A stretch of 64,000 nucleotides of DNA from an uncultured Methanosarcinales archaeon (GTDB lineage Archaea > Nanobdellota > Nanobdellia > Woesearchaeales > JACJVW01): contig CAYYOI010000001.1 of NCBI GenBank assembly GCA_964473285.1, forward strand, positions 1,689 through 65,688, in the 5' to 3' direction. The position numbers and the translations under genes are program-made. Positions 29,560-39,843 of the stretch are shown piece after piece. Under the pieces are notes generated by a model. That model made no database searches. It saw nothing but the letters and a program-made list of their open reading frames with translations, and was not told the DNA's origin. Position 1 is the stretch's first letter; the number at the start of each line of letters is the position of its first letter.

Positions 29560-29997
29560 TTATATTCCACTTCTTCGGGAATATGTCCCCCTGAGCTCTC
29601 CTATAGCAAGGATATGTTTCTTCATTGCAAATTCTAACTCTTGTCTGGTTGCACCTTTCTTTGTATCCAACTTACAGTCAAGGCCGTATATCCAGAAAAA
29701 ATACCTATGAATTCCTGAAGGAGGGCAGGGACCGCCATAGCCTATCCTTCCAAAATCATTGGTTCCTTCAGTTCCCGGAGCGCTGTTCTCTTCTATACTG
29801 CCAGGAGGGATATTCCACATCAGCCAGTGGGTGAACGTTCCAACCGGAGCGTCAGGATCATCCATTATCAGAACCAGACTTTCCACTTCGGAGGGGATAC
29901 CTGTAATAGTCAATGGTGGATTAATATCTTCACCATCACACGTGTATTTTGGTGGTATCTCCTTTTTATGTTCAAAAACAGGGCTTTTTATTTCCAT
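29560..29997 (-). CDS. PEBP/YbhB/YbcL family (Raf-kinase-inhibitor-like) protein
   Basis: 'DDPDAPVGTFTHWLMWNIP' and 'GPCPPSGIHRYFFWIYGLD', which are the PEBP signatures. Confidence 0.75.
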   Translation of the reverse strand: MEIKSPVFEHKKEIPPKYTCDGEDINPPLTITGIPSEVESLVLIMDDPDAPVGTFTHWLMWNIPPGSIEENSAPGTEGTNDFGRIGYGGPCPPSGIHRYFFWIYGLDCKLDTKKGATRQELEFAMKKHILAIGELRGTYSRRSGI

Positions 29998-30177
29998 CTT
30001 AAACTACCTCAAAGGTCAAGCCATGAACACTGGTGAGCACTATACTGCCTAACAAACCAACTGTGCGCAACCAGTAGGGATACTTATGACAGGCTTGCCA
30101 GAATCCATTCCTAACCAAGATTGGCTGTTAGCTATATCTAATAAAATGAATATAAAATATAAATATTTTGTATACAC

Positions 30178-30525
30178 TCAAAAACTCAGGAATTTTTCAG
30201 CATACTCTCCTATGATAGGTATTGGCTTATTCTCTCCCTGGATTGCCTTGATAAGGCCAATCATCCACAGGACAAAAATACCCAGTTGTAGCAAAGAGCC
30301 TGCAAACATGATGATCCATCCTATAAAAGGTGCTGATGCGAGTATGCCAATAGCAATAGATATAACCAAGCTTACCAACAGGAGAAATAGCGCCTGCTTG
30401 GCATGGAATTTTGCAGACTTATCTTTCTTCATCTCTTCATCAACAAAGTACCAGATTATGCCTACCAAAAAATATGATAAGATTGCACATAATTTGCTTT
30501 TTTCCTTCTTTTTCATTTGTTCCAC
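30178..30525 (-). CDS. Small DUF4870-like membrane protein
   Basis: 115 aa with 'ILSYFLVGIIWY', 'HAKQALFL' and two or three TM helices. Confidence 0.5.
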   Translation of the reverse strand: MEQMKKKEKSKLCAILSYFLVGIIWYFVDEEMKKDKSAKFHAKQALFLLLVSLVISIAIGILASAPFIGWIIMFAGSLLQLGIFVLWMIGLIKAIQGENKPIPIIGEYAEKFLSF

Positions 30526-30850
30526 CCCAATAAGTGTAATAAGATATCACAAGTTTAAAAAGTTTGCTGCCTATTTGATTCATATAGATAGATTTATATA
30601 TTCGTCTTAGTCAAAAAAGATTATGAGTAATGAATTGTTCTTGGCAATACTTTACCTTGAGATGGTAGTAAGCTCATTTTTCCTTTTGTACTTCTGCATA
30701 AGGATAATAAAGATAACAAAAGGATCCAACAAGGGATAGCTTTTTTATGGACTTTTTAGTGTCCTGAATGGTATTGTCTCAATTGCAGGGATATTTCCGA
30801 GAGTTGCAACAGATCCTACTGTTGTTAATGTAGCTTATGGAATACAAAGC

Positions 30851-31354
30851 TTGTTGCTTTTCATAGAGACCTTCCTTATAATCATTGGAATAACTATACT
30901 TGCAGAGGTATTCGGGCTGGAATCAAAGGTTTTCTCAAGGAGAAACGTACTTGTTGTGATGGTGCTCAGTTTCTTTACGATCCTTGGTCTAGCAGGAAGC
31001 ATCTCTCCGCTTAAGATGTATTCTATCGTTTCCATGGTCCTTGTCATAGGACTGGCACTTACCATGCTTCCGGTATGGAATATAATGAAAACAACAAAGA
31101 AACTTCCATGGAAACTGCTTGTTGCATCGCATATAATGTCTATGATCTCAGTGTACTTGATTTTTACAGCCCTTGGCTGCTGCGCAGTACCAATAGATGA
31201 CCCGGCATGCCACTCAGGAGATTATCTTGTTATTCCTGCACCTTGTAGCGGGACATTCGTGACTGGTTTTTTTATATTTCTGATGGGACTTTTGATAGGA
31301 ACATGGCTTTTGACCGGATCATTCTATTACCTCTATAAAGGCCTTAAGATATGA
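30851..31354 (+). CDS. Hypothetical membrane protein, about 5 TM helices
   Basis: Hydrophobic ORF. No recognised motifs. Confidence 0.4.
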   Translation: MLLFIETFLIIIGITILAEVFGLESKVFSRRNVLVVMVLSFFTILGLAGSISPLKMYSIVSMVLVIGLALTMLPVWNIMKTTKKLPWKLLVASHIMSMISVYLIFTALGCCAVPIDDPACHSGDYLVIPAPCSGTFVTGFFIFLMGLLIGTWLLTGSFYYLYKGLKI

Positions 31355-31485
31355 GATGAAAAAGAAGGCCAAAAAAATACAGACACAAAGTAAAGAGAAT
31401 CAGGAAGAATAGAAGTAAATCTGACTTGAAAAATCTTCAAAAATCCAACAGTATACCATATTAATTCTGCGAGAACACAAAAGAT

Positions 31486-31557
31486 ATGTTCCATGAGATT
31501 CTCCTCGCATTATTGGTCGGTGTGGCTTCCGGGGTAATTACAGGTTTCTGGTTCTAA
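31486..31557 (+). pseudogene. 23-codon relic N-terminal fragment homologous to the start of the TctA-like gene at 47106. Putative displaced target-gene 5' end at the element junction.
   Basis: Translation 'MFHEILLALLVGVASGVITGFWF*' versus 'MFFEILLAIIIGVNAGIITGLTP' at 47106. About 65% nt identity over 66 nt. Confidence 0.5.
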
Positions 31558-31582
31558 GATTTTCTTGATTAATTCTAAATAG

Positions 31583-32098
31583 TTGAAATGTGGACACATC
31601 AAGGCTACAAGCCATATATGTATGTTTGGATATCAAAGAAATAAGATGGTATCCAAAATAAGAGATAAAGGGCAACTTGTCAGCATTTTTGATAAAGTTC
31701 AAAGGATCGAAAAGGATCTGAACCAGCTTTTGCCAGAAATGGATCGATCCAGGTTGATCAAAGCAATGTCTAAATGCAGACAGCATTACGAAGGTAAATT
31801 GTACTATGGCAGAAGAACATATGATCCTGAAGAGATCAAGAAAAGACCAAAATTAGAATTATCCGAGATTGAAAAGATCATCTATCATTATTTGATTGAG
31901 AACGACTTAAATCCTTCCACAACGTACAGATGGTTCTTAGCTACACGATTACCTTCAGATATCAAAGAACGTCTTTCTAATAGAGAAATACCTGTAAAGT
32001 TAGCCATGAGTATAGCTGCAAATAGAAGAAGGATCAGAGTTTCGAATCAAGGGCTTCTCATGATGGATGAGATGGTCAATATCATTGGAGGACTATAA
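31583..32098 (+). CDS. Hypothetical protein immediately upstream of, and overlapping, the integrase. The start is uncertain.
   Basis: ORF only. Basic, and its position is like an excisionase/regulator slot. Confidence 0.35.
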   Translation: MKCGHIKATSHICMFGYQRNKMVSKIRDKGQLVSIFDKVQRIEKDLNQLLPEMDRSRLIKAMSKCRQHYEGKLYYGRRTYDPEEIKKRPKLELSEIEKIIYHYLIENDLNPSTTYRWFLATRLPSDIKERLSNREIPVKLAMSIAANRRRIRVSNQGLLMMDEMVNIIGGL

Positions 32099-33137
32099 GA
32101 TGGATCATGAAATAATCAAAGAAGTGTTAGACATCACTAAAGAAGAAAGGATGTCTCGGAAAGCAATTTATGAGCAATTGCTATCAAGAGGATCTCTTAA
32201 GCCAGGAGAAGAAGAACTCTTTAACATAGTCATTGACAGAGCATTAGAAAACGAATTAATCCCTTCAAATAGAATTAGGATTTACAAAAAAGCAAGAGGT
32301 AAATTGCCAACGGTTTTCACAACAGAGCAATTAGGCTTTATTTTTGAGAATTGTAATAGACCTAAACTTGCAGTTGTCATGTGGTTTGGTTTCTTCTGTG
32401 GTTTAAGAATAAGAGAGGTCTGTAATCTTAAAATTTCAGATGTAGATTTAGATAGGAGAAAATTATTTGTCAGAGACAGTAAGAACCCACTTAGAGGAAA
32501 ACAAGGATATGGGAAAGATCGAGTGGTCAGCATCCCTCAAGTAGCAATAACTCCATTAAAGAGATGGATGGATGTCATCAAAGGAGGAGAATGGTTTATT
32601 CCAAGCATGCAAGATCCAAACAGACCTATACGAACAAAGACAATTCATGAACAGTTTAGATTTTTACTCAAAAAAGTAGGCTTGTCTGAAAAAGAGTATG
32701 AAAAAGGTTTTGTGCAAAAGAATCATGGAAAGCATAAACCAATGGTTAAATCTGTTTACAAATACAGGTTTCACACTCTTAGACACACTTATGCGACCTA
32801 CCTTCTTGAAAAAGGAGTTCCAATAGAGAATATTCAAAGATCATTAGGGCATAAAGACCTTGATACAACATTAATCTACGCACGTATTTCTGATAAGAAA
32901 ACTACTGAATATATCGATGATGCATTCAACAGACCACTCAAATTAGTCAATAAGGAAAGCATTCTCAATGAGAATAAACCAGTACAACAGACTAATTACA
33001 ACATCAACAACACAGCCAATGTTTTGGCTGTCAATAATAACACTCCTATATCAATATTGCAGAAAAGACTTGCAATGGGAGAAATAGATCTCGTAACATA
33101 CGAGCATCTATGTAAAACACTAAACGGAGGAAAATAA
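32067..33137 (+). CDS. Tyrosine site-specific recombinase (phage-integrase family)
   Basis: Catalytic residues in 'FFCGLRIREV' (Arg), 'HTLRHTYATYL' (HxxR) and 'LGHKDLDTTLIYARI' (His...Tyr). Confidence 0.85.
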   Translation: MRWSISLEDYKMDHEIIKEVLDITKEERMSRKAIYEQLLSRGSLKPGEEELFNIVIDRALENELIPSNRIRIYKKARGKLPTVFTTEQLGFIFENCNRPKLAVVMWFGFFCGLRIREVCNLKISDVDLDRRKLFVRDSKNPLRGKQGYGKDRVVSIPQVAITPLKRWMDVIKGGEWFIPSMQDPNRPIRTKTIHEQFRFLLKKVGLSEKEYEKGFVQKNHGKHKPMVKSVYKYRFHTLRHTYATYLLEKGVPIENIQRSLGHKDLDTTLIYARISDKKTTEYIDDAFNRPLKLVNKESILNENKPVQQTNYNINNTANVLAVNNNTPISILQKRLAMGEIDLVTYEHLCKTLNGGK

Positions 33138-33141
33138 GAAA

Positions 33142-33459
33142 ATGGAAACAAAACAAGAATTAGAACAAAATGTTACAACAAACGACTTAATCAACATGTG
33201 TGAATTAATCATACAGTTGGCAAAGAGGGAAGATGCAAAGACAAATGCTAAGAATATCCTGGCAGAGAAAGTTTATGAAGGCTGTCAAGATCTCTTTAAG
33301 CTTGCTTGTCCTAACTGTGGCAATGTGCAGAAGTCCCCTCTTGATTTTAGAGCATTTACTGAGGACTTAACTCTTGAAGATGAAGATAAACTTTCATGTC
33401 CTAAGTGCAATAAGGATCTTGGTGTTAAGTTAAAATATTCTGTTTATACGAGTTGTTAA
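33142..33459 (+). CDS. Small zinc-ribbon protein
   Basis: 'CPNCGNVQKSP...CPKCNKDL'. Confidence 0.45.
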   Translation: METKQELEQNVTTNDLINMCELIIQLAKREDAKTNAKNILAEKVYEGCQDLFKLACPNCGNVQKSPLDFRAFTEDLTLEDEDKLSCPKCNKDLGVKLKYSVYTSC

Positions 33460-33470
33460 AACTCGTACTT

Positions 33471-36400
33471 TTATTTTTTCTTCTTTCTTTGACTGTCTTT
33501 TCTATTGAGAATAAAGTAAGTTGCTGCTGCAATTATTAGAATAAATACCCCTATTCCTATGATATAAGGTATTATTGGTATTTTCTTTTGTGATGCATCA
33601 AGAGATTGATTTATTTCTTTGTTTTCTTCAGTTGTGTTCTTAATTTGCTCTTCCTGAATCATTAGTTCTTGTTTTGTAATATTCTCTTCAATTGCTTTGT
33701 CTTCTGTTATGTCTTCTTTTTCTTCTTCTCCTGTTATTGCAAAGTAACTGAATCCTGGCGTGTTTGCTGTGTACGTTGTGATTTTTGTGTTTGAACTCTT
33801 TAGTGTTGTTTCTAATTCAGTCCATGTGTTGTTTGTATATCTGAGCAATAAGATTGTGTTTTTGTTGATTTTGTTCTCTTTTATCCATGTGTTGTTGATT
33901 GTGAATTCTATTTCTGCTCCTTCTATTTCGTCATCATTGATATTTTTGGGATTGATCTCTAAGAATTGATACGTTTTCTTGTTGATTTTCTTTGTTGTCG
34001 GAGGCTCTTTGATGTTTTTAACTTCTATTCCTACACTTGATTTGTTTTCTTTTGCTGTAAGTCTTATCTTGCTTATGCTGATATTTTCTCTTGCTATTTC
34101 AAAATCTGATGGGCTTCCTGCTTTGATTTGGCTCACATACTTTGTTTGTGAGTTTTGATCAACTGTTGGAATGTATCCTCCAGTGCTTGATGAACTGCTT
34201 CCCCCTGATGATCCTCCATTGTTATCAGGTGGTGCTGTATAGGTCAATGATTTATTATTGTGATTATTGCTTAATGAGAGGTTCTTGTTTCCTGCTTCAT
34301 CTATGCTTGTGATGGCAAAATAGTATGTTTTTGAGCTGGTTATTGTGAATGTCGTGCTGTTTGTCGTTGTATTCTTTAAGAATGTCAGTGTTTCATTGAC
34401 ATAATCCTTGCTTGTATTGATGCTGTTTGCATACCATACCTGGTAAGTTGTTATTGTGTCAGTCATGTTATCTATGTCTTTTGTGATGTTTTCCCATTGG
34501 ATTGTTGCTGTATTGCCTGATTGAGTGATAACTATGTTTGATGGATTTTGAGGTTTTACTGTATCATTTGCAGTTATGTTATGAACTTCTGAATTGTTTT
34601 GATAATTGTAGTTTCCGAGTTGATCAACTGCAATTATAGAATACCAATAAGTCGTGTCATGCTCTACTTCTGCATCAAAATAATGGTTGTTTGTAGTGTT
34701 TGCAATCCATAAATTGCTCTTGATCTCAGTAAAGTTTGAAGTATTCTTGAATATCATGTATTTGTTTGCATCATTTACTTCTGACCATGTTATGTTTATG
34801 AATCCGTTTGGAGTTGCAGTCAAGTTATTTGCTGTGAATACTGGAGGAATAGGTGCTGTTGTGTCTATTATGAAGAAAAGTGTTGTTGAAGTTGTGCTGT
34901 CCTGGTTAATACTGTTTTCACAAGCAATACTCCAATTATGAGTTCCATCAGTTAAGTTATTGATTGATCTATTGGTTTCTTCTTCGCTATTGATGAGTAT
35001 ATTTGTTTGGTTTGTGGTTGCATCCAGGTTTAATGAGCAGTTTAAAGTGTCGTTGTTTTGATCAGTTGAGCTAAATGTAAATTGTATTGTATTATTTGAT
35101 GAGTTTGTGTTGTTTCCTGGTGCATTTAGAGTGATTATCGGAGAGCAGTATTGTCCCCATGAACCTTCATAATAATAATTACCTATTCCATTCTCGCAAA
35201 AGCTTATTCCTGTCAATGCTCCTCCGCTGGAATCTTTATTTAGATCAATTGATGGATTGTAAAATGAGTTATTGTATAGTTTCACATTACTTCCTATTGA
35301 GTTGTCGTTTATTGTCAAATTATTGTATAACTTGTTGTTGTAGATGCTAACGTTGTTTCTTGGATAGATCGTATAGCTTGGCATCATATCTGCATTGTCT
35401 TTTGAAGAATAAAGAGTGTTATCTTTTATCGTGATGTTTTCATGAATTGCATCTGATCCCATATTTCCCCAATAAATTAAGTCTCCTGAAACATTGAAGA
35501 TGTTATTGATGAGTTCGAAGTTTCTTGACAGCCTGTATATTCCTGTGATTGTTGGTCTTGCAGGGAAATGTGAATAGAATGAGTTGTTTTCTATTTGTAC
35601 CTGGAAGCCTGGCATGAAAGTTCCTGAAGATACTGCTTCTCCATAACTGATCCCTCTTGTGAAGTTTGTGAAGTTGTTATTTAGTATGTTCACTTCTTCT
35701 GTACCTTTGTCAATGTATAACGCTACATCAAAATTATAGGCATTACAGTTCCTAATAGTGACATTTGAAACAGTGTTTGAATATCCTATGTATGCAAAGG
35801 TTTTCCCATTATCTATATGTCCTGGATCTATGATTTTATTGTTACAATCAAGAAACACATTGCTTGTTGAAATGTTAAACAGTATTGTTTCTGCTCCTGT
35901 GAAGTTATACGTGCATAAACTATCTAATGTTAGTGATTTTGTCAGATCATATCCATTTGATAAATCAATGCAATCAATATTTAGAGGTCTTTGTTCTGAA
36001 AATCCTGTGTTACCAAGTGAATCAGTACAGCTGATACTCCAGTTATAGTTTCCTAAAGCGATATTAACTGTGATATTTGTCTCTTCTCCTGTATTTGCAG
36101 TAATTCCTGTTTGATTTACCAGGTTATTTATTGAGAGGTTGCAGGTTGTTGTTTGATCAAGGTCTTGTGTTTGAAAAGAGAATGTGACTGATTGGTTTAG
36201 TTGATAATGATCATGTCCAGGACTTAGTAAAGTGATTACTGGTTTTGCTTCATCTGTAATTGAATACAATGTTTGTCCTACTGTGAAAAGGATTGATCCA
36301 TTGATGATTGAGATGTCTGAAGGATTATATGATCCTCCAAAAGAGTACTCTCTTTCTATTGATCCATTGCTTGCATTGATCATGTACAGCTTCTTATTTC

Positions 36401-37448
36401 CTCCAATTAAGACATATTCTCCTGCTATTGAAGGATTGCTTGATGCAGAATTATCAACTGAAAGATTCCAAATCTTTACTCCTGATGAAGAATTTAGAGC
36501 ATAAAGCATGCCATCCCCACTTACATAAACAATGTTGTCCTTTGCGACTGCTGAAGATGAAAAGCCTCCAAAACCATTCGTTACAGTATAATTCCAAATC
36601 TTTGCTCCAGTATTTAAATTAAGTGCATGAAATGATTCAGTAAGACTTCCAGATCCTCCGATGCCAACAAAGATCTTACTATCATAATACAGTGGAGATG
36701 AGTAAGATATTGCTCCATTAAGTGTGGTATTCCATATTTCTGTCCCATCTGATATGTTTACTGCGTATGTTGTGTTATCTGCACTTGAAAAATAAATGAT
36801 TCCTTCATGAAGAGCTGGAGCAGTTGAAATATAGTTGTTTGCTGAAAAGTTCCAAATCATTGATCCGTCAGTATCATTTAAGGCATAAAGATATGATTCT
36901 TTTTGATCAGGCGTTCCTCTATAAACTCCTGTACCAAAGATCACATAATCATCATAGATTAAAGGAGCAGAATACATCATAGTAAATCCACTCGAATTAT
37001 AGTAAGGTGTGAAGTTCCATCTTTGACTTTGATCTGAAGCTTGTATAGAAATCAGATAAGGAATGTTTCCATCTACTGGAATGTAAAGATTTCCTTGTGA
37101 ATATGCCGGGTTAGAAACTATTTGATTGGGAGTATCATAAGTCCAAAGTATTGATCCATTTGAAGTATTGATTGCATAGACCTTGCTGTTTTCTGTTCCT
37201 AAATAAGCTATTCCTTGATTAATCAAAGGAGAAGTAAACGTTCCAGTAATCCCATCTAATGTGGTAAGGTTCTCTAAGCCATAATCTGAAAGATTAATCT
37301 CTCCTGGATAAACTCTGTTGTTATCAAGTGTTCTTCCCCACATGATCCATTCATCTGAAGAAGTGCTGTTTGAGTCTGCAAGAACAAATGTGCAGTTGAT
37401 CAGCAAGAAAATTGCTAAAGCTATGAATTTATATTTTAAAACCCCCAT
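33471..37448 (-). CDS. Large secreted, C-terminally anchored surface protein. It has PQQ-like beta-propeller repeats, a right-handed beta-helix (pectin-lyase-like) region and Fn3/Ig-like domains, and is rich in N-glycosylation sequons.
   Basis: Signal peptide. PQQ repeats 'YAINTSNGSILWTYDT', 'YALNDTDGSMIWNFS', 'YAVNISDGTEIWNTT', 'YALNSSSGVKIWNLS'. 'IRNCNAYNFDVALYIDKGTEEVNILNNNF' is beta-helix-like. C-terminal TM plus 'RKDSQRKKKK'. Confidence 0.75.
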   Translation of the reverse strand: MGVLKYKFIALAIFLLINCTFVLADSNSTSSDEWIMWGRTLDNNRVYPGEINLSDYGLENLTTLDGITGTFTSPLINQGIAYLGTENSKVYAINTSNGSILWTYDTPNQIVSNPAYSQGNLYIPVDGNIPYLISIQASDQSQRWNFTPYYNSSGFTMMYSAPLIYDDYVIFGTGVYRGTPDQKESYLYALNDTDGSMIWNFSANNYISTAPALHEGIIYFSSADNTTYAVNISDGTEIWNTTLNGAISYSSPLYYDSKIFVGIGGSGSLTESFHALNLNTGAKIWNYTVTNGFGGFSSSAVAKDNIVYVSGDGMLYALNSSSGVKIWNLSVDNSASSNPSIAGEYVLIGGNKKLYMINASNGSIEREYSFGGSYNPSDISIINGSILFTVGQTLYSITDEAKPVITLLSPGHDHYQLNQSVTFSFQTQDLDQTTTCNLSINNLVNQTGITANTGEETNITVNIALGNYNWSISCTDSLGNTGFSEQRPLNIDCIDLSNGYDLTKSLTLDSLCTYNFTGAETILFNISTSNVFLDCNNKIIDPGHIDNGKTFAYIGYSNTVSNVTIRNCNAYNFDVALYIDKGTEEVNILNNNFTNFTRGISYGEAVSSGTFMPGFQVQIENNSFYSHFPARPTITGIYRLSRNFELINNIFNVSGDLIYWGNMGSDAIHENITIKDNTLYSSKDNADMMPSYTIYPRNNVSIYNNKLYNNLTINDNSIGSNVKLYNNSFYNPSIDLNKDSSGGALTGISFCENGIGNYYYEGSWGQYCSPIITLNAPGNNTNSSNNTIQFTFSSTDQNNDTLNCSLNLDATTNQTNILINSEEETNRSINNLTDGTHNWSIACENSINQDSTTSTTLFFIIDTTAPIPPVFTANNLTATPNGFINITWSEVNDANKYMIFKNTSNFTEIKSNLWIANTTNNHYFDAEVEHDTTYWYSIIAVDQLGNYNYQNNSEVHNITANDTVKPQNPSNIVITQSGNTATIQWENITKDIDNMTDTITTYQVWYANSINTSKDYVNETLTFLKNTTTNSTTFTITSSKTYYFAITSIDEAGNKNLSLSNNHNNKSLTYTAPPDNNGGSSGGSSSSSTGGYIPTVDQNSQTKYVSQIKAGSPSDFEIARENISISKIRLTAKENKSSVGIEVKNIKEPPTTKKINKKTYQFLEINPKNINDDEIEGAEIEFTINNTWIKENKINKNTILLLRYTNNTWTELETTLKSSNTKITTYTANTPGFSYFAITGEEEKEDITEDKAIEENITKQELMIQEEQIKNTTEENKEINQSLDASQKKIPIIPYIIGIGVFILIIAAATYFILNRKDSQRKKKK

Positions 37449-37681
37449 AATTTAATTAAATTATTAAGCACACATATAAATTTTACTAGAAATAGCCTGA
37501 AAATACCAAATTCTCCACTGAAATCAATATCCTTTCAAAAATTCTAACAAAAAAGCCAGGCTATTTGATGCAAATATCTGTTACAAAAACATAGGTTCAA
37601 AATCAAGCCTTCTTTTTTAAAGAATTTTGTATGATCTTCTTGTTACAAAAAGACCTGTTTTAGAAACATTTAATAAAATCT

Positions 37682-38950
37682 ATGATTACTCAAAAAAATA
37701 TGTATTCCGAAATTCCAATTTCCAAAGAAGAATTTGATCTTGTTGAAAAAACTTTAAGACAATTTGCAACAATCAGCGAATTTTACTTATCCAAATTTAC
37801 TAAACTCTACTCAAAGGAGCAACTTGCACGAAGCCATCCCTTAGTTGCTACAATATTAATAAGCGATGGACATAAAGAAGATGATCCTAACGAATTTTTA
37901 ATTTACCTGGAGGAACTTTTGAAGTTTCATAAACAAAGAAACACTCCTGGTTTGAAAAAAGTTATTGAAGAATCAAATAATAACAATGGCGGCACTCAGA
38001 ATTTTAATCATTCTCTTTCAGAACTTGAAATTTGCAAATTTATCATAGATAATGGTAATGAATGTAAATTCGATGATGATTTACTCATCAAACTTGATGG
38101 TGAAGAGTTTTGTGTGGAATTAAAAACTTACTCGGATTTTGCACAATTATCTCATGCCATGAATTCAGTCAGAGAGATTGAATCTAATTATTGGATTGAA
38201 ATAGAATTTTTGAATGGTTTGTTTAAAGATAAAATTGAAAAAATTGAATCTACTGTGAAAGAAATACTGCTTAATCCTTCTAAAAATGATTTATCTCAAC
38301 AAATAGAAATTAGACTTAATGATGAATCTCCAGTCTATGCGTGGGTTAGGTTTAATGAAAAAGACAAAACTCATAATTATAAGACAACTGGAGTTATTTC
38401 TTCAACTAAAGAAGCTATTGGTGTTGATCATGAGACTGCAAGAGAACAAATAATGAATTCTCTCGAAAAAGCAAGATATCAACTAACATCAAAATCTAAG
38501 TTCAATGGAAAGAAGAAATTGATTTTTATTGATTTAAAGAATTCTATTAATGATCTTTCTGTTTTTAAGAGAAAAAGAGATTTTATTCAAATTCTATATG
38601 GTAAAAGTTGTGTTATGGGAAAAACAAAATATCATAAGACTTTTGATGAATATAAAGAGTGGGCTTTGAAAGGATTTTTAGACAGTTCTATTGATCCAAC
38701 TGATAAAAAATATTTTGTTTCTGATTTTCCGAATACGTGTAAAAAATATTTCTTAGTATCTAACAAAGATCGAATAAAGACTGAAGCATTGACTTTTCTT
38801 TCAGAAAAAGGGTTATTCTTTAATGATGATTTCAACTTAATTAATGGTGTTGTTCTTTTTGAGAAAAAAGAGATTTCGTTATTTTTGAATCCTTTTGTAG
38901 ATGAGAGTTTACTTATCCCTGAGAGTAAATTCCCAATAAGATTATTCTAA
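37682..38950 (+). CDS. Hypothetical protein, very AT-rich coding sequence
   Basis: ORF only. Lys/Asn/Ile-rich. Confidence 0.4.
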   Translation: MITQKNMYSEIPISKEEFDLVEKTLRQFATISEFYLSKFTKLYSKEQLARSHPLVATILISDGHKEDDPNEFLIYLEELLKFHKQRNTPGLKKVIEESNNNNGGTQNFNHSLSELEICKFIIDNGNECKFDDDLLIKLDGEEFCVELKTYSDFAQLSHAMNSVREIESNYWIEIEFLNGLFKDKIEKIESTVKEILLNPSKNDLSQQIEIRLNDESPVYAWVRFNEKDKTHNYKTTGVISSTKEAIGVDHETAREQIMNSLEKARYQLTSKSKFNGKKKLIFIDLKNSINDLSVFKRKRDFIQILYGKSCVMGKTKYHKTFDEYKEWALKGFLDSSIDPTDKKYFVSDFPNTCKKYFLVSNKDRIKTEALTFLSEKGLFFNDDFNLINGVVLFEKKEISLFLNPFVDESLLIPESKFPIRLF

Positions 38951-39634
38951 ATAGTTTTGATTTTTCTTTACTATTCTTTGAACTGATATGTAGCTTATTT
39001 TGAATCCTTCTTTTTTGAGTATCTTCTCAGCTTCTCGATAACTTCCTCCTTTTTGATATGCTTTAAGCACATCAAACTTGTTGATTTTTGTTGTAATCTT
39101 TGGTCTTCCTCCTGAGTATATTCCTTTGTCTTTCTTGTTTCTGATTCCTGATTTGATGCTTTGTGATAGGTTTTTGCTGTAATTGTGGCTTTGCCAAACC
39201 ATGATTTGTCTTACTACGTTCCATTTGATGTCATCATCGCTGTCTATGTTGTCATTTAGGCTTATGAATCTGCATCCGTATTTATGCACTATTCGATCCA
39301 GTTCTTCGTTTGCTATGTGTGGTTGTTGTCTTGAGAATCTTGACAGATCATAAACGATCATTACTGTGTATTGTTTCTTTCTGATTTTCTCTAGGAGAGT
39401 TTCAAACTTAGGTCTTTTTATTTGTTTGAATCCTGAAAGGTATTCATAGACTATTTCAAAGTTCCAATTAGAGTTCTGGCAGTATGTCTTGCACTCTTTG
39501 ATTTGTTTATCGACATCCTGTCGGTCTTCATCTGTACTGCATCTTGCATAGATGATTGCTTTTGTCTTATTTTTTGTCTTATTCATTGTCTTATGGGGTG
39601 TCGGTAAAGGTGTCGAGATCCTTTTTTTCGGCAT
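38942..39634 (-). CDS. Small serine recombinase (resolvase/invertase family) with a C-terminal HTH
   Basis: 'AIIYARCSTDEDRQDVDKQ' is the YARxST...Q catalytic Ser motif. 'VMIVYDLSRFSRQ'. C-terminal 'GGSYREAEKILKKEGFKISYISVQRIV' HTH. Confidence 0.75.
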   Translation of the reverse strand: MPKKRISTPLPTPHKTMNKTKNKTKAIIYARCSTDEDRQDVDKQIKECKTYCQNSNWNFEIVYEYLSGFKQIKRPKFETLLEKIRKKQYTVMIVYDLSRFSRQQPHIANEELDRIVHKYGCRFISLNDNIDSDDDIKWNVVRQIMVWQSHNYSKNLSQSIKSGIRNKKDKGIYSGGRPKITTKINKFDVLKAYQKGGSYREAEKILKKEGFKISYISVQRIVKKNQNYLE

Positions 39635-39843
39635 GTCGATTTCGACATTTTCGACATAAGTGAGTCACACTTATTTTTCATTGTTGAGCCACCTATAAGT
39701 GATTCTTTAAACGCTTCAACTATTAGAGTTACACTCTTCTCCCTACGGGAGAAGCCCATCCAATAATCTTTCAAAATCAAGCTTATTTTCTTCATTTTTT
39801 GCCTTTTTTCTCATCCCTACACACGCACACATATCGGCACAAA

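Noticed and set aside
30086-30610. Plus-strand 174-aa ORF.
   Set aside because: It overlaps the minus-strand DUF4870-like membrane-protein ORF, which has a much more protein-like hydropathy pattern. Only the minus-strand call was retained.
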